NCBI GenBank assembly: GCA_964234715.1
Contig: OZ174284.1
Source of the DNA: Podarcis melisellensis
Lineage: Eukaryota
Direction: 5' to 3' (one strand)
Length of the DNA stretch: 64,000 nt
Both the position numbers and the translations under genes were made by a program. The notes below the pieces were generated by a model that saw only the letters and a list, made by a program, of their open reading frames with translations, had not been told where the DNA came from and ran no database searches. Below are positions 12,920 through 25,326 of the stretch, piece after piece. Every line of letters begins with the position of its first letter. Within the stretch, counting starts at the first letter, position 1.

Positions 12920-13460
12920 GGTTTTGTTTGTGGGCACCCAGGTAGCAGTGCACACAAAGTGGCAAGAAAAGTGATTTAGTAGTAGGTTGGCATGGGAATT
13001 GGAAGCATTCATCTGGTGGATCCTTACTTCCCTGCCGCGTATCCTGCATTGTTACTGCGTGAGCTGCTGCTTTTTTGGGTGTTTGGGGGGGCGCAGCTTG
13101 AGAGTCATTTTGCCGTGTGCACCTCTTGCCCTTCCTGATTGACTTGTTGGGCTCTGCCTTTTCCCTAATCAAGAGGACTGGTGCTGCCTGTGCAAGTACA
13201 TTATAAAGCTGCTGGTGATGCAATGCCTTGGAACCTTCCTCCTACTCAGCTGCTTCCTGCAGTGCAGGCAGATGGCATAGTTTGGGTCCACTGCCAGCTC
13301 AAAGTAATCCCATCTCATGTGCTTGGTGTGATGGGCTGGTGGCTTTTCACAGGATGAGTGGTGGTAGTATAGGAGAGAGAATTGCTGGTTGCTGTTCCTT
13401 TTACTCCCCAGCGCCCACCACTGCCATGCTGCTGCCTCTCTTGAGGAAAGGATACTGAAG
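12920..13460 (-). mobile_element. Decayed hAT transposase fragment containing a BED zinc finger
   Basis: 13312-13181 translates WDYFELAVDPNYAICLHCRKQLSRRKVPRHCITSSFIMYLHRQH, the W-x-Y-F...C-x2-C...TS...H-x3-H BED signature; flanking frames are interrupted. Confidence 0.75.
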
Positions 13461-15995
13461 ACGATCATTATTATTAAGAGGATTTGTAGCTTGCTTTTCA
13501 GCTAAAAAGGTTTCTAGAGTGGCATACATGAAATCAATTTTAAAAAGGCTACAGGCTTGCAATCTACAAAAATATGGTCACAAGAAAAAGGAGAAGGAAG
13601 AGGGGGGGAAATCAAAGTCTGTCATAAATTCTTAAGCAGTTATTCTTAAAATGACCAAGTAGCACACTTCAACGGTAGAAGGTGACTGATCATGCTGGTT
13701 GTTGGGAGTGATCCGTGCTTCCCATCTGTCCCACTGAGGTAGTCTGGCTGCTCCCAGGTGACAGGTGAGATATACACTGCATCTGACATCTCCTCTGGGA
13801 TACCCTGCTCAAGTTCCACACCTTACAACCTGACCTTGCCAGTATTAGCCAGTGGCACAGTCTTGCCTCCTGCTTAACAATAAGAGAACTCTTGGTGGTG
13901 CTGGTACTAGGACTGGCCTTGCTCCCAATGGTAGTTGTGCTGCCAGCTTCTGGTGTGAGGCAGCTCATCACTGCTGCTGCAGTGAAGATGTGTTTGAGTT
14001 TGGTGGTGGGAGAACTCAGTATGGCCAGTGCTGCCACCATACACCTCTGCCACTGCTGACATAGAGGCAGACATACCATGTAGCTCCACACCAAGTCCAA
14101 ATACACCAACTAAGGAAAGCCTGTTATCTAGCAGGGAAGTTGGCTAAATCTGGCAGTCATTAAGGTCTTATCAGCCCCATCTCCCAACTTCCCAAAGGTG
14201 GTAACACCTTTCTTGGCTGTGTGCCACTTATCTGATCGGCTGTTTAAAGCTATCTGTCAATCAAATCTTACTTGGGTTGAGAACCCTAAAAACTGGAATG
14301 TTACCAACATTCTGTCATCCATTACCCTCCTCTCTGACCACCCAAGATGCTGCATTATTTATGATGAAGGCCCTAGCTTTGTGAGTATACAGATCATAGA
14401 CTTAGCCTGTTTTTCTAAAAGGTTTTCCTTATTTCCTAAATCACCATTCTCCCTTTCCCCTTTGTTCTCTTACCACCATCCTTAGTAAACTTCTTAAAAT
14501 TGACTGATAGGTTTCTTGCGTGTGTTTCACACTACATGTGGTTATCAGAGGGATTTGACAGAGAAAAGCAAACTTCCCCAGGCTGTGGTGAGAAATGAGT
14601 GAAAAGTTGGATGTTCCCTCTGCCTGAATTTGCCTTTTAAGCTGTCAGGAACGTCATTTCGATTTGGTTGGGTTGAAATCAAATAGCTGTTTTTAGTTTT
14701 AGCATGGAGTTTCTAGGCATATGGCTGGGTACCTTGGCCAGTGTATAATAGAAGTATGTAATGAAATAGTCAAGTGAGTAGTAGGGTACTTTGGCAAGCT
14801 TCTTCCCTGTAGGTTATCTTAGTTTTTTCATGAGTATCATCTTGGCTTTCTGCCTGTCCTAGGGCCTCGGGGTGGGTTTAAGTATTTTCTCTTTCTTTTC
14901 CCCTCTCTAAATTGTAAGACATACAAACATGTTGCTGGTTGTTTGTAACAAGAGGAAGCCTGTAGAATCTTAAGCCCTGCAACAGGGTGGCAGATCATAC
15001 CCCTTGAATTGTGGTATACCCTTTGAGGGGAGTAATAACGTTTTTTTTAAACTGTTGCTTTATTTCTGGCTGTATCTTCTGACACTCAGCTGAAATTGTA
15101 GGGATAAAGTTACTGTCATTCTTTAGCCTTTTAAGGGTTTTTTCCCCCCTTGATCCTTGAAAGGCGTGATAAGTCTTATGCCCTTAACTTGCAGAATTCT
15201 TTGTTTTTACTGGAACATCTCCTCTGAGACACTTTTAAACCTAATACTTAAAAAGAAAAAGAAAAGCCTGCCTTTTTGATTGGATAGCAAGTACATCATG
15301 ACTTCAGTAACATAAATTTATTTTTGAACAGGCAGTATTGTGCCTTTGTTAGACATCAGGGCACCGAAGTGAGCTAAAGCATGCTCCCTCTTTTTTTTTA
15401 AAAAAACTAATATGAGAGGTATCTTGGTGTGATCTAATTTAGGGCCTGAGTATGGATATAATTTTACTTTTTTTTATCTTGGATATTGTGATTATGGGGG
15501 AGGGGGGACCAGGAAAAATAATAGGAAAGTATGCATACTAATAGTGAATGTGCTACAGGAGTGGCTTTAAAGAACTTGCTAGGTAAAAATACAAATATAC
15601 ACTAGAAGCTTATGTTAGGAAGTTTTTTGGTGATTCAGGTCTCATTTGCTATGATATAGAACATGGTACATATTCGTAATTAATATATAGTTGTCTTTTC
15701 CTGCCATATATTTGAAAGAAAAGCATACATATCTACTTTTAACTTTGGTTTTGCAACTCTAGTTATTCCTCTAAAAGTAACCTGTAATTCTACTTTTAAG
15801 AGTCACCTATTGTATCTATTCCCACAGCTGACAATAAGGCTTCTGTCAGCAGAACTGGGAGGGAGGGAATTTTCGTCAGTCCTCCATTCCCTGCCCCTCT
15901 CCCCCCATCTGTTCTGGAGGGTTCCCCATCCATGGCTTCATATTACTGAGAGAAGCCTCAAATTTGGTTAGTTGATTTGTATGGTGTCTCTCTCC

Positions 15996-16004
15996 TATCT
16001 ATCA

Positions 16005-16036
<32 letters not shown>

Positions 16037-16049
16037 ATCTATCTATCTA
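15996..16049. repeat. (TATC)n / GATA tetranucleotide microsatellite
   Basis: Seen directly; a few interruptions. Confidence 0.95.
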
Positions 16050-16129
16050 CAGGGTGAGTCCTTTAAAAGAGGCCCTGTGAATACAGAGTACACATGTTCC
16101 ATGGGGCCTCTTTTAAAAGACTCACCCTG
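16050..16129. mobile_element. 80-bp Tc1/mariner-type MITE consisting almost entirely of TIRs
   Basis: TA|CAGGGTGAGTC...GACTCACCCTG|TA; 26-bp TIRs with one mismatch; TA target duplication. Confidence 0.88.
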
Positions 16130-18445
16130 TATCATTGATAATTGTTTCCGAAGCTGTGCAAATGTAGGAAATGAGTGAATGTACTGACTAGCAGGGCATT
16201 GGTGCTTTTGAGCTCATTTCTTTTGCTTCTGCTGGGGAAAGTCCTGTTTGGTAAATTGATATCTTTGTGGCCTAAGCTTTTTCAATACACTGTTCAAGTG
16301 GAAGGAAACTCTCCCTTTGGAGACCAATAAATATTGTTGCCTGGTTTTTGCTGCTTTCGGGATCATCATTGGGCTAAATTTCCAAGTCACCCATAAGGTT
16401 TTGGTGCACAAATCCTATCAATAGAAATTAAATGCCTAACTCTGATTAGGTGTCTAGTCTCTACTGATGCTGGAATTTAAACGTGTACTCCTTGGCATTT
16501 GTACTCTTGTCTCAAAGGCTATTTGCCTTTCCTTGGGTGATTTTTCAGTTTCTGGTACCTGTCTCGTTTTTTTTTAGGCGGGGGCCGAACGATGGAGGAT
16601 TCAGCCATTTTTCAAGCCTCCATGAATGCTTTGTTTAGGAGGGGAGTTACCTTCAGTAGAAGAGTGGAGGAGTGCAAAACTGGAGCTGGAGGTACCTTCA
16701 GTTGGTTGTTTTTTGCCTCCTCTATACTACAAGAACAGTCACAACCTTTTCTTTCTTTCTTGAGGCAGTACTGTTCTGTAAGAAATCACTATGATAGATT
16801 TAGGGTACAACCCCATATATTGTGAGGCAATTTTCATTTTGGGGTTTTCTTTTGCTTTTTAGATAGGGAGGATTTCTACAGTAGAGTGATCTAAAGGAAT
16901 TAGCTTGCTCTGAACTCATGCAATTGGAGTCATAACTTCACGTATCTTTGTCCTTTGACATTGTTATTTTACGCAAAGTGGGTGGGGCTTGCTCAGGGAA
17001 GCAACCATGAATTGTTAGCAGTGCATGCACGGGGGGGGGGGGGAGGAAGAATGGAGAATCACATTTGCCTAAAATAGCTGTAGATGGGTACCTATTATAG
17101 GGCATTTTGTTCAACCTTCTGAATTGGGGAAGAGATTATAAAAATTAGTCATTGCTTGGCTAGTAAAGGTATTTCTGAATGCTCGGTGAATAATACAAGC
17201 TGCCAATCAGGTATCCGCAATCAATACATTAGTTTGTTTCATTTTTTAGACTTTTAGTGGTGGTTATTTAGAGTACTAGTGAATTGTGAAAAACCTATCT
17301 GTTTTCATGTGCTTTTAATGTGTGTACCAGATCCACGCATGCAGGTGTTCCATCTGCATACAGGTGGACTGCTTCACCTACATGTCAAAATCCCTTGCTG
17401 TAGCAATGTTTAAAGGAGGGCAAGAGGAACTTCAGAGAATGCTTCAGAAATCACTCTCTGAAGCACATCCCACCCTGCTTTTAACAGTGTTCCAGGACGT
17501 TTAACAGGGAGGGGGCACTCAGAGAGTGGTTTGCCAACCTTCTCTCTGAAGTATCTCCCACCCTCATTAAACCTGGAACAATGCTAAAATAATGGGGCCA
17601 GCAGTAAGCAGGACCACCTGTTTAGTGCTGAGTTCGGGCAAGCCAGAGAGCATGTCTGAACTCAAGAGGAACACTCTCTTCACATTTGAGTAATCCTGAT
17701 TAGCTCTGGGTCCCCATGAAAGGCTTCTAACAGCCACATGCTTTAGGGCTTACATACATAGAATCCTACAAATATGTAATCTGTACACAGTAAAAGATAT
17801 ATAGAACATTCTGGTAGAACCTAGGTGTGTGTGACTCTACCCATCAAAGTGTTAAATCCAAAATGTGAAAATCTCATAGGAGTAGGATAAGCAAGTATAG
17901 TTTAGATTTTTCACTGCATGTAAGTGCATCAGAACAACAACCTAATACACACCTACACGTGCAGTCCACAAGAGGTAGAGATTGAACATCTGTACCAACT
18001 GAATGTACATGGCATTGATAACTAAGCAATAAGCATTGTTCACTGTTTGTGAAATTCCATGAATGGATATTGCTGCTTGTTAATATTTGAGGGAGAACCA
18101 ATTATTCCAAACTAGAGAGCTAAGCAACTTTTAAACTCCCATTAATTATTACATGTGCACACTAAGGATAATGAATGAACTCATTGTTTCAATACACAGA
18201 AATAGCATAGATGTTATTTCATTTGATGAAACTGATTAAACTGAGAAAAGATTGGAAGAAAGTAACTCTCCATAGCATAAAATAAATTAGCAACCAAAAT
18301 AATGCTTTATAAGAACAACAATAGTAATATTACATGTTTTAAAACTCTTAAGTAGTTTTAAATGCTTAAGTTACTATTTCTAAAAGTGAAATTGTTGTGC
18401 TTTTTTTTTCTTTTTAAAATTGTTAATCTTTCATACTCTTGACAG

Positions 18446-18571
18446 GGTGAATCACCACTTGATTTAGCAAAGCAAAGAAAAAATGTTTGGATGATAAATC
18501 ATCTACAGGAGGCAAGGCAGGCAAAGGGATATGACAATCCATCATTTCTCAGAAAGCTGAGGGCTGATAAG
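18446..18571 (+). CDS. ZDHHC17: ZDHHC17 exon 8 (GESPLDLAKQRKNVWMINHLQEARQAKGYDNPSFLRKLRADK)
   Basis: gacag acceptor and AAG|gtgaga donor; 126 nt. Confidence 0.96.
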
Positions 18572-18929
18572 GTGAGAAGAATCTTTAAGTGATGATTCAT
18601 GTAATGTGTTCTTTTAAAAATAATTTCTGACCCTGCTTAGATGACACCCCACTACAGTTTATACCAGGAGGTATTGGGAGTCTTGGGTTTACGCGTCTTT
18701 CCCTTCCCCAAATTTGCCATTCTCCTCTCACTGCAGTGAGAAATGATTGACCAATCCTAGGCATATTGCATTTTTCTGAATCTAGGATTCTTCCTAGTCT
18801 TGCAGATAAACCCCTCTTTGTACATATTAAACTTGCTCTGAAGTATCTGAATGTTAAAATGAAGCACTAACTTTTTATACAGTTCATAAATATCCAGGTT
18901 AATTAATTGTTGTTTGTCTTTTTATGTAG

Positions 18930-19072
18930 GAATTTCGTCAGAAAGTGATGCTGGGAACACCTTTCCTAGTTATTTGGCTAGTTGGGTTTATAGCCGACCT
19001 TGATATTGATTCTTGGCTCATTAAAGGACTAATGTATGGTGGTGTTTGGGCTATGGTTCAATTTCTTTCCAG
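18930..19072 (+). CDS. ZDHHC17: ZDHHC17 exon 9 (EFRQKVMLGTPFLVIWLVGFIADLDIDSWLIKGLMYGGVWAMVQFLSR), transmembrane segments
   Basis: tatgtag acceptor and AG|gtaagt donor; 143 nt. Confidence 0.96.
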
Positions 19073-20638
19073 GTAAGTATTTAATTAGGGAATATGTTGG
19101 AGTAGATAGTTTGGTTTTACATAAAATACTGACAGATGTATAAAAGCCCCGTTCTTGGGGGGAAATATTTTACCTAATTCACTCTTCCATTAAATGATTG
19201 TTCAGGATAAGTAAAGAAAATTGTGTTTTGATGCCCTTCCATCCTGTCTTCCAGTTAGTTTATAGGAGACCTACTGTGCTAGATTGAAGTGGCATTCATA
19301 TTTTAGCTCTGAGCAAAAAGAACCTTAAATACCACATCAGTCACATTATGAATCATCAACTAGTTGTGTTGTATGAAAATGTGTCTGCCTGCCCAACATT
19401 AATGTTTCTCTTTCACAAACCAAATATTGAAATCCCTCTATAAAATGATTAGCTTATTTTCTATAGAAATGAAAATACCCATAACGTAATGGTCTGTAAT
19501 AAGCAGACTTCTTTAAGGAGGATATTTTTGGATTTTTTTTAAAGGGATCTTACTATTCATTGAGTGGATAAAAAAGGACAAGGATTATTACAGGCAATGC
19601 CCAGTTTAGGCATGTTTGAATGATACTTGATTGTGCATATGTGCATGGCTCTGAACCTGGAAGGAGCCCAAAAACATCACAAAAGGGGTGGGGTGGGCTT
19701 ACATGGGCTCCGCTGACAAGCACAGGGTTTCGGAGCAGAAACCCTGTGCAACACAATGGTAGCCTGTATATGCCTCTTAATTTTTATGACTCTAATTTTA
19801 ATGGCAAAGAGAAATCCATTCGTAGTAAGAACATTGTTAAACAAAGAAAGTTTGCATGGTTGAGTATCTTAAATTTATTTATTGTCAGTTTATATAGCAC
19901 ATGTCAGATAAATATTTTAAACACTGGAATCTCTTGTGTAAGTATAAGAGATTATATTACTACAGCTCATATTCTGGGTTTGGCTTTTTCTTCAAAGTCT
20001 GTTAAAATAACTATCATTTTGAGTTTTGCTGAGTGTGCTGTTCAGCCTTATTTTTTAACTGCTGTCAAAATGTGGCTTTAGAAGAAAACTTTATTTCCAA
20101 ATCTACTTTGACAAAACACATGCAAGCAGGAGTATGAAACTGTTTTAGACCTGGTTAGGGGACAGGATATGTAATATGTATGCAAGTAACAATTGGGAAA
20201 ATTGACCTAAAAAGCAAAAATTACAAACAAACAAAAAAATAAAATCTGTCTGTTCAGGTGGTCAAGTAATTTAAATTAATAATTTAATGTAGTGGTTAAC
20301 AACATTTGTGAACATGCTTACAAAGCAGCCTGGTCATCCTGAACTCTGATCATGCATATGTAAAATCTTCTTCATTTGAACATTACAAACTGAACAGATT
20401 CATGTTCTGAACCTTGTAATTATGAACTCTTGCAACATTCTGAGGTCTAAAAAAGTGCTTGCTGGTTGTTGAGTAATTTAGATTATTAAGACCTTTTGTA
20501 GCAAACGGACAGGTTATTTAAAGCTCTAGTGTTTGTTTCTTTGTTTTTTAAAAATAAGGCTATATTTACTTGTTTGTGAATGAGCTAGCACACCCATATT
20601 TGAATAAGTAATAACCTATTATGTTCTTTGTTTCACAG

Positions 20639-20739
20639 ATCATTCTTTGATCACTCAATGCATAGTGCACTGCCCCTTGGAATCTACCTAGCAACAAAAT
20701 TCTGGATGTATGTGACATGGTTTTTCTGGTTTTGGAACG
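20639..20739 (+). CDS. ZDHHC17: ZDHHC17 exon 10 (SFFDHSMHSALPLGIYLATKFWMYVTWFFWFWN-D)
   Basis: ttcacag acceptor; ends at the U12-type donor G|ATATCCTTT; 101 nt. Confidence 0.95.
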
Positions 20740-22543
20740 ATATCCTTTATATTGTGCTCAGCATTTGATTTTTTTCATTTTAGTGGGTTATATTCCAGTG
20801 CTCACATTCAAGAAAATTAAGAGGCTAGAATTTTAAGAAATTGAAGTTTTAGCAAGAGGATGTGGAAGTTTTATGGTTCAGACTGGTCATGGAAAAGGGT
20901 TAAGGGACTTCAGTGAAGCTGTAGCAGGAGACAAGCGAACAGGAGAGGGAGTGAAGCATGACAGTAAGTAAAAGGGGACTGGGCCAGATGGAACAAGTAA
21001 AAGCAGATAGTAGGACATACAGATTGAAGGGGACAGACTTAATTACATAAGGCAGGGATGGGGAATCTGTTGTTGGATTCCCATTATTCCCAGACAACAT
21101 GGTTAATTGTGTGTGTGTATACCCATTAGTTAAATTACTCAAAACACAAGCTCACAGGTTTTACTGATTTGTGGCAAAATAAGTTAAAATAAGATGTTTT
21201 TGAACAAGTCCTTAAACCTAGCAATATTTAGTCCTAGTCTTCTACCCCCTTGCTTTCAGTCTCTTCCTTTTTTTTGGCTCTACATAAGTGTTTCCTTCTT
21301 GCTCATGTTGACTTTGCTTTCTCAGTAGCTGTGCAGATTGTCATATCCCGATTACTGGCTCCTTCTGAAGTTAATATTTATGAACATTTAATGACATTAT
21401 AGCAGAGTACAAGTAGATACTACATTTGCGATGTGGGTGCTGCCAGAACAGTCCCCTCTAAATCCTACATGTCAGTTTACTTTAACTGATTAATGTTGCC
21501 AGCCTCAATTATTAGTTCTTCTAGCCATTCAAGTTCTGCTGTCAATCAGCTTGTCTGCAACTTGTTAGGAAAAAATATATGACATGTGCTTTGCTGAAGT
21601 AGAAAAATTGTGGTCAGGGTAAGAATTTATTCTCATATGTCTTACAGTTTGATGAAATCAATTGCATCAGAGAACAGTGCCTTCTTTCTTCTCAGTAGGA
21701 AGAATAATGTGATATCTGACTAAATGTCTCTGCGGCAGCTTTTTATAAATCTGTTTCTGGAATATGTTTTGATCAGAAATAAAAGAGCATCCAGATTGAT
21801 TAATTTAAATATCTAGAATTGACTTTTAACTTGTCACTAGAATTATGATGAAAAGTAATATTTTGTATTTACTCACTGCATTCCACTTGGGACTCTTGAG
21901 GTCTGTTTAGTTATTTCTGTGCTGTCTAGGGTTCCCTTCTAACCTTGCATCAAAACAGGCTTTGATACTGTTTTATAAACCTTAACATAAGAGGGAATCT
22001 GGTTAGCTTCAATAATAGCCTATAACAGCAGGAAAGACAACCTATAAAAGAGAGAAATTTGTGTTGGATGATACCATGCAATCCCCCTCAGTACTCTTAC
22101 ATACTCTCCTCACCATTATTAGGATAAAGGATATGTTGTCCTCTATTCCTGTTAAAGCAAGTGCTTTTCAAGATGTCTGCATTTCATGTAGCAACGTCTT
22201 CTTAACTTTCCCCACTTATATAAGTTCAGAGGCCCAACCACAGAGGTAGTTCTTTTAGCACATTGTGTAGAGCACTAAAAGCAGGCAAATGTGACCATAC
22301 AAGGTTAGGGGGGAACCATCTAATCTCTTCCTTTGGCTTGGACCTATCTCTTCTTAGTCACAGGAACATACTGTCCAGTTTTGAAAGCATCTCTCTGTCA
22401 GAGGTTTAATGCCAGACAGACAATTAAGGGCATCTAGCTTTTTCATAGTAGAACATAATATAGTTTTCTCTGCTAGCTTCTTTTTAGTGGTCTAAACATG
22501 TGGTTTAGTTATTGAAATGAATGCTGGTACTTATTAAAACATG

Positions 22544-22740
22544 TAGTCATACCTTGGTTTTCAAACAGCTTAGTTCTCGAACGTTTTGGCTCCCGAATCC
22601 ACAAACCCGGAAGTGACAGGACTTCCATGGCTTCCAGTTGACTGCAGGAGTTTCCTGCAGCCAATCAGAAGCCACACTTTGGTTTTGGAAGTCGAACAGA
22701 CTTCCAGAACAGATTCCTTTCGACTTCCAAGGTATGACTG
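22544..22740. mobile_element. Tc1/mariner MITE (TIR CAGTCATACCTTGG), copy 1
   Basis: tAGTCATACCTTGG...CCAAGGTATGACTG|TA; homologous to 45006-45257 in the opposite orientation. Confidence 0.85.
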
Positions 22741-22968
22741 TACCGTATTCTTTTGGGAGCTTTAACTGCATGAGACTTAGACTCAAAAGCCCTGTTATAA
22801 TGACATTTTTCTACACAAAGGTGATGAAGTCCAATTGAAATTTGTGTTTTGGCTAAATGGGCTTAAGTGACCATGCTTTTCTTTGCATATAACATTAAAT
22901 CAAGTATGGTTTAATGTGAACACGCAGTGTGCTCCTCCTACCAGACTGCTGAGAAACAAGCGCATGGT

Positions 22969-23180
22969 TTGACTTGGTGTTTTGTCTGCAGAGCCGTCTT
23001 TCCCATAGGGCTTAGTGGTGCATTGCGCCAGGGCACGGTCTCTCAGGGGGGCCCCAGCAAGTGGGGGAGCTGCGCGGCTTTGCCTGCGGCCTCCCCTTTC
23101 CCTGCCCGCCCGCCAGCTGCGCCCCGCCAACCATACGGCTGGCGGGCATGCAACTTCCCTCCCAAGCCTCTGCGGGAATT
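22969..23180. mobile_element. GC/CpG-rich truncated DNA-transposon (hAT-like) end
   Basis: Starts CAGAGCCGTCTTTCCCATAGGG...; an isolated CpG-rich patch in an AT-rich intron; no second TIR found. Confidence 0.45.
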
Positions 23181-24367
23181 GCTCTCAGAAACAAACCATG
23201 AGTCTGGATCTGGACATAGCGCTTAGCAGCATGGCAGGAACAAGCAGGGAATGAAGCACCCACAGTTTCAGCCGTGTTGCACCAACATGCTGTGTGTTGG
23301 CACTAATGTTCAAACCAGGCTTGTAAGTTTAAGGCTCATTGTTTTCTTGTTGATGATCTGCAACAACACAGTGGTTTTTCAGGCTTTCTAACTTCAGGGA
23401 ACTCTTTCCCACATTGATTTCAGTGCTATGGAACCCCTTTACATATGCTAAAAATATTTTCCAACGTGTCATATTTGTACTTGAAACTGATGGGTTTCCA
23501 TTGAAATTTGTGATGTTAGCTAAATAGGTTTTAAGTGTGGATGTTTAGAGCTTGCCATTCCCTTGGCAATGGAGCATATAAATGCTGGGGCCCTGAAGCA
23601 GAAAAGGTGCTACTGGGGCCATTTGTAATTTCATGGTAGAAAATATTTGTTAAAATATAATTAGCTTTTACTATGTGCAAATTAATGTGAAGAAAATACA
23701 GATACCTAGGTATTAACAAAGTTAATTTCAAATTGTGAAGCAGCTGGAATTCAAATACTGGGGAAAAAATCCAAGGGTCTGCAATTTATTCCAACACTTT
23801 CTTTTCCAGATAAAGTACATGTTCCTTTTTTCAGTAAATTATTAAGAGGGGAAGAAGAGGAGGAATCTTTAACATGAATGTAATCCTCCCCCCAAAAGAG
23901 ATTATTATTGTATTCATCATTCCCTGTATAATCTCTTTTATTATAGAGTTTTTTTGTGATTTAGCTGGAATTTCAGGCCACTAATAGGCATAAACAGTAA
24001 AAAATATATTAAAAATGGTTGACCATTTGAATGTTTTCTGTCAGAAAATGATTTAAAGAGATACAAAAGCTGCAATCCTAAACACATTGACTAGGAAATA
24101 TGCTCAACTGAATTCAGACTTTTGAGAGAACATTTATAATGTTGCACTGTTAATTTTGGAGCTATCAGACTAATTAAGACAAGATGATACACTTGAACAG
24201 CATATAATGACAAAAAAGGATTATTAGATGTCTTGACATGCATCTAGTACATTCCCTGTGAAATGCATTAACAACAAAAAAAGTGTATTGCAGAATTCTA
24301 TTATTTTCAGATAATAATTATTTTTAACAGGACAGAAAACATATTTAAATTCCTTAATATTTAATAC

Positions 24368-24492
24368 ATCTAAATTTTGTGTTCATCCACCTTCCATTTC
24401 TTGCTAATAGTGTTGCACTTTTCTACAATTTTGGAAAATCTTGGAAATCAGACCCAGGAATAATTAAAGCCACAGAAGAACAAAAGAAAAAG
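24368..24492 (+). CDS. ZDHHC17: ZDHHC17 exon 11 (LNFVFIHLPFLANSVALFYNFGKSWKSDPGIIKATEEQKKK)
   Basis: AC acceptor and AAG|gtaaaa donor; 125 nt; DPG motif of the DHHC family. Confidence 0.95.
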
Positions 24493-25263
24493 GTAAAAAG
24501 CAAAACAGTCCATTCTTGTTAATGGTTGAAGTTGTTGTTTAGATTTTCTGTGTACACACTCAAAGTGTTTTCTAATCAAAGCAATTACAGGAAAGTGTCC
24601 CCCACCCAGCCTCCCGCAGAGGGGCACAGGGGGCTGCAGAGGCAACAGACAGTTGCTGAAAATTGTTTCTGTCTCTGTTTCGCCAAGTTGTTCCATTTAA
24701 GAACATCAGAGGTAATTGTAGTCTAAGCAGAGTGAATGCTTTGCTACTGAGAAATCTGCTGAGGTCATCCAGAACATAGGGTGGTTTTAACGGCTTCAAA
24801 CTGAATGCGAGGGGATACATTTTTGAGGTTGGAAAGGATATGCCTGTTACTGGAGTGACCCAACAGCCCAAATGCTGGTGCAATCTCGAGAAGCAGCCAG
24901 AAACTAATGATCTTGCTGCTGGATAGAGTCCCCTTGTATCTTAGAGGCAATTGAGGCAGAACCCATTACACATGTGTGTTTATATAGGCTCTAATGGTGC
25001 CGAATTTCTTTGATGTGAATAAAATGGCATTAAGATCTTTTTGTCCAAGCTTGAGATGGTGTTAAACTAATCTGAGTGTGTTAATAGAAGTTGGGATTTC
25101 CAGTGGGGTAGCTTTTGCAGTAAAAACAGCCAAGAATCTCCTGGCACCTTGAAGGCTAACAAATTGTTTTATGACATAAGTTTGTCAACTAGAGTCGACT
25201 AATGAAGCATGTATGAATATGGTTCTTAAATGATTAAATATTCTTATTTTTCCTTTTCTGCAG

Positions 25264-25326
25264 ACAATAGTGGAACTTGCAGAGACAGGAAGTCTGGACC
25301 TCAGTATATTCTGCAGTACCTGTTTG
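25264..25326 (+). CDS. ZDHHC17: ZDHHC17 exon 12 (TIVELAETGSLDLSIFCSTCL)
   Basis: ttttctgcag acceptor and weak TTG|gtagta donor; 63 nt. Confidence 0.93.

Larger units (their letters stand above)
20740..24367 (+). other. ZDHHC17: U12-type (minor spliceosome) AT-AC intron, ZDHHC17 intron 10
   Basis: 5' ATATCCTTT (20740-20748), branch site TTCCTTAAT (24350-24358), terminal AC (24366-24367); splicing here restores ...FWN-D-LNF... in frame. Confidence 0.95.

Noticed and set aside
19620-20081. 153-aa ORF in ZDHHC17 intron 9
   Set aside because: No domain similarity I can recognise, no ATG start, no supporting splice structure.
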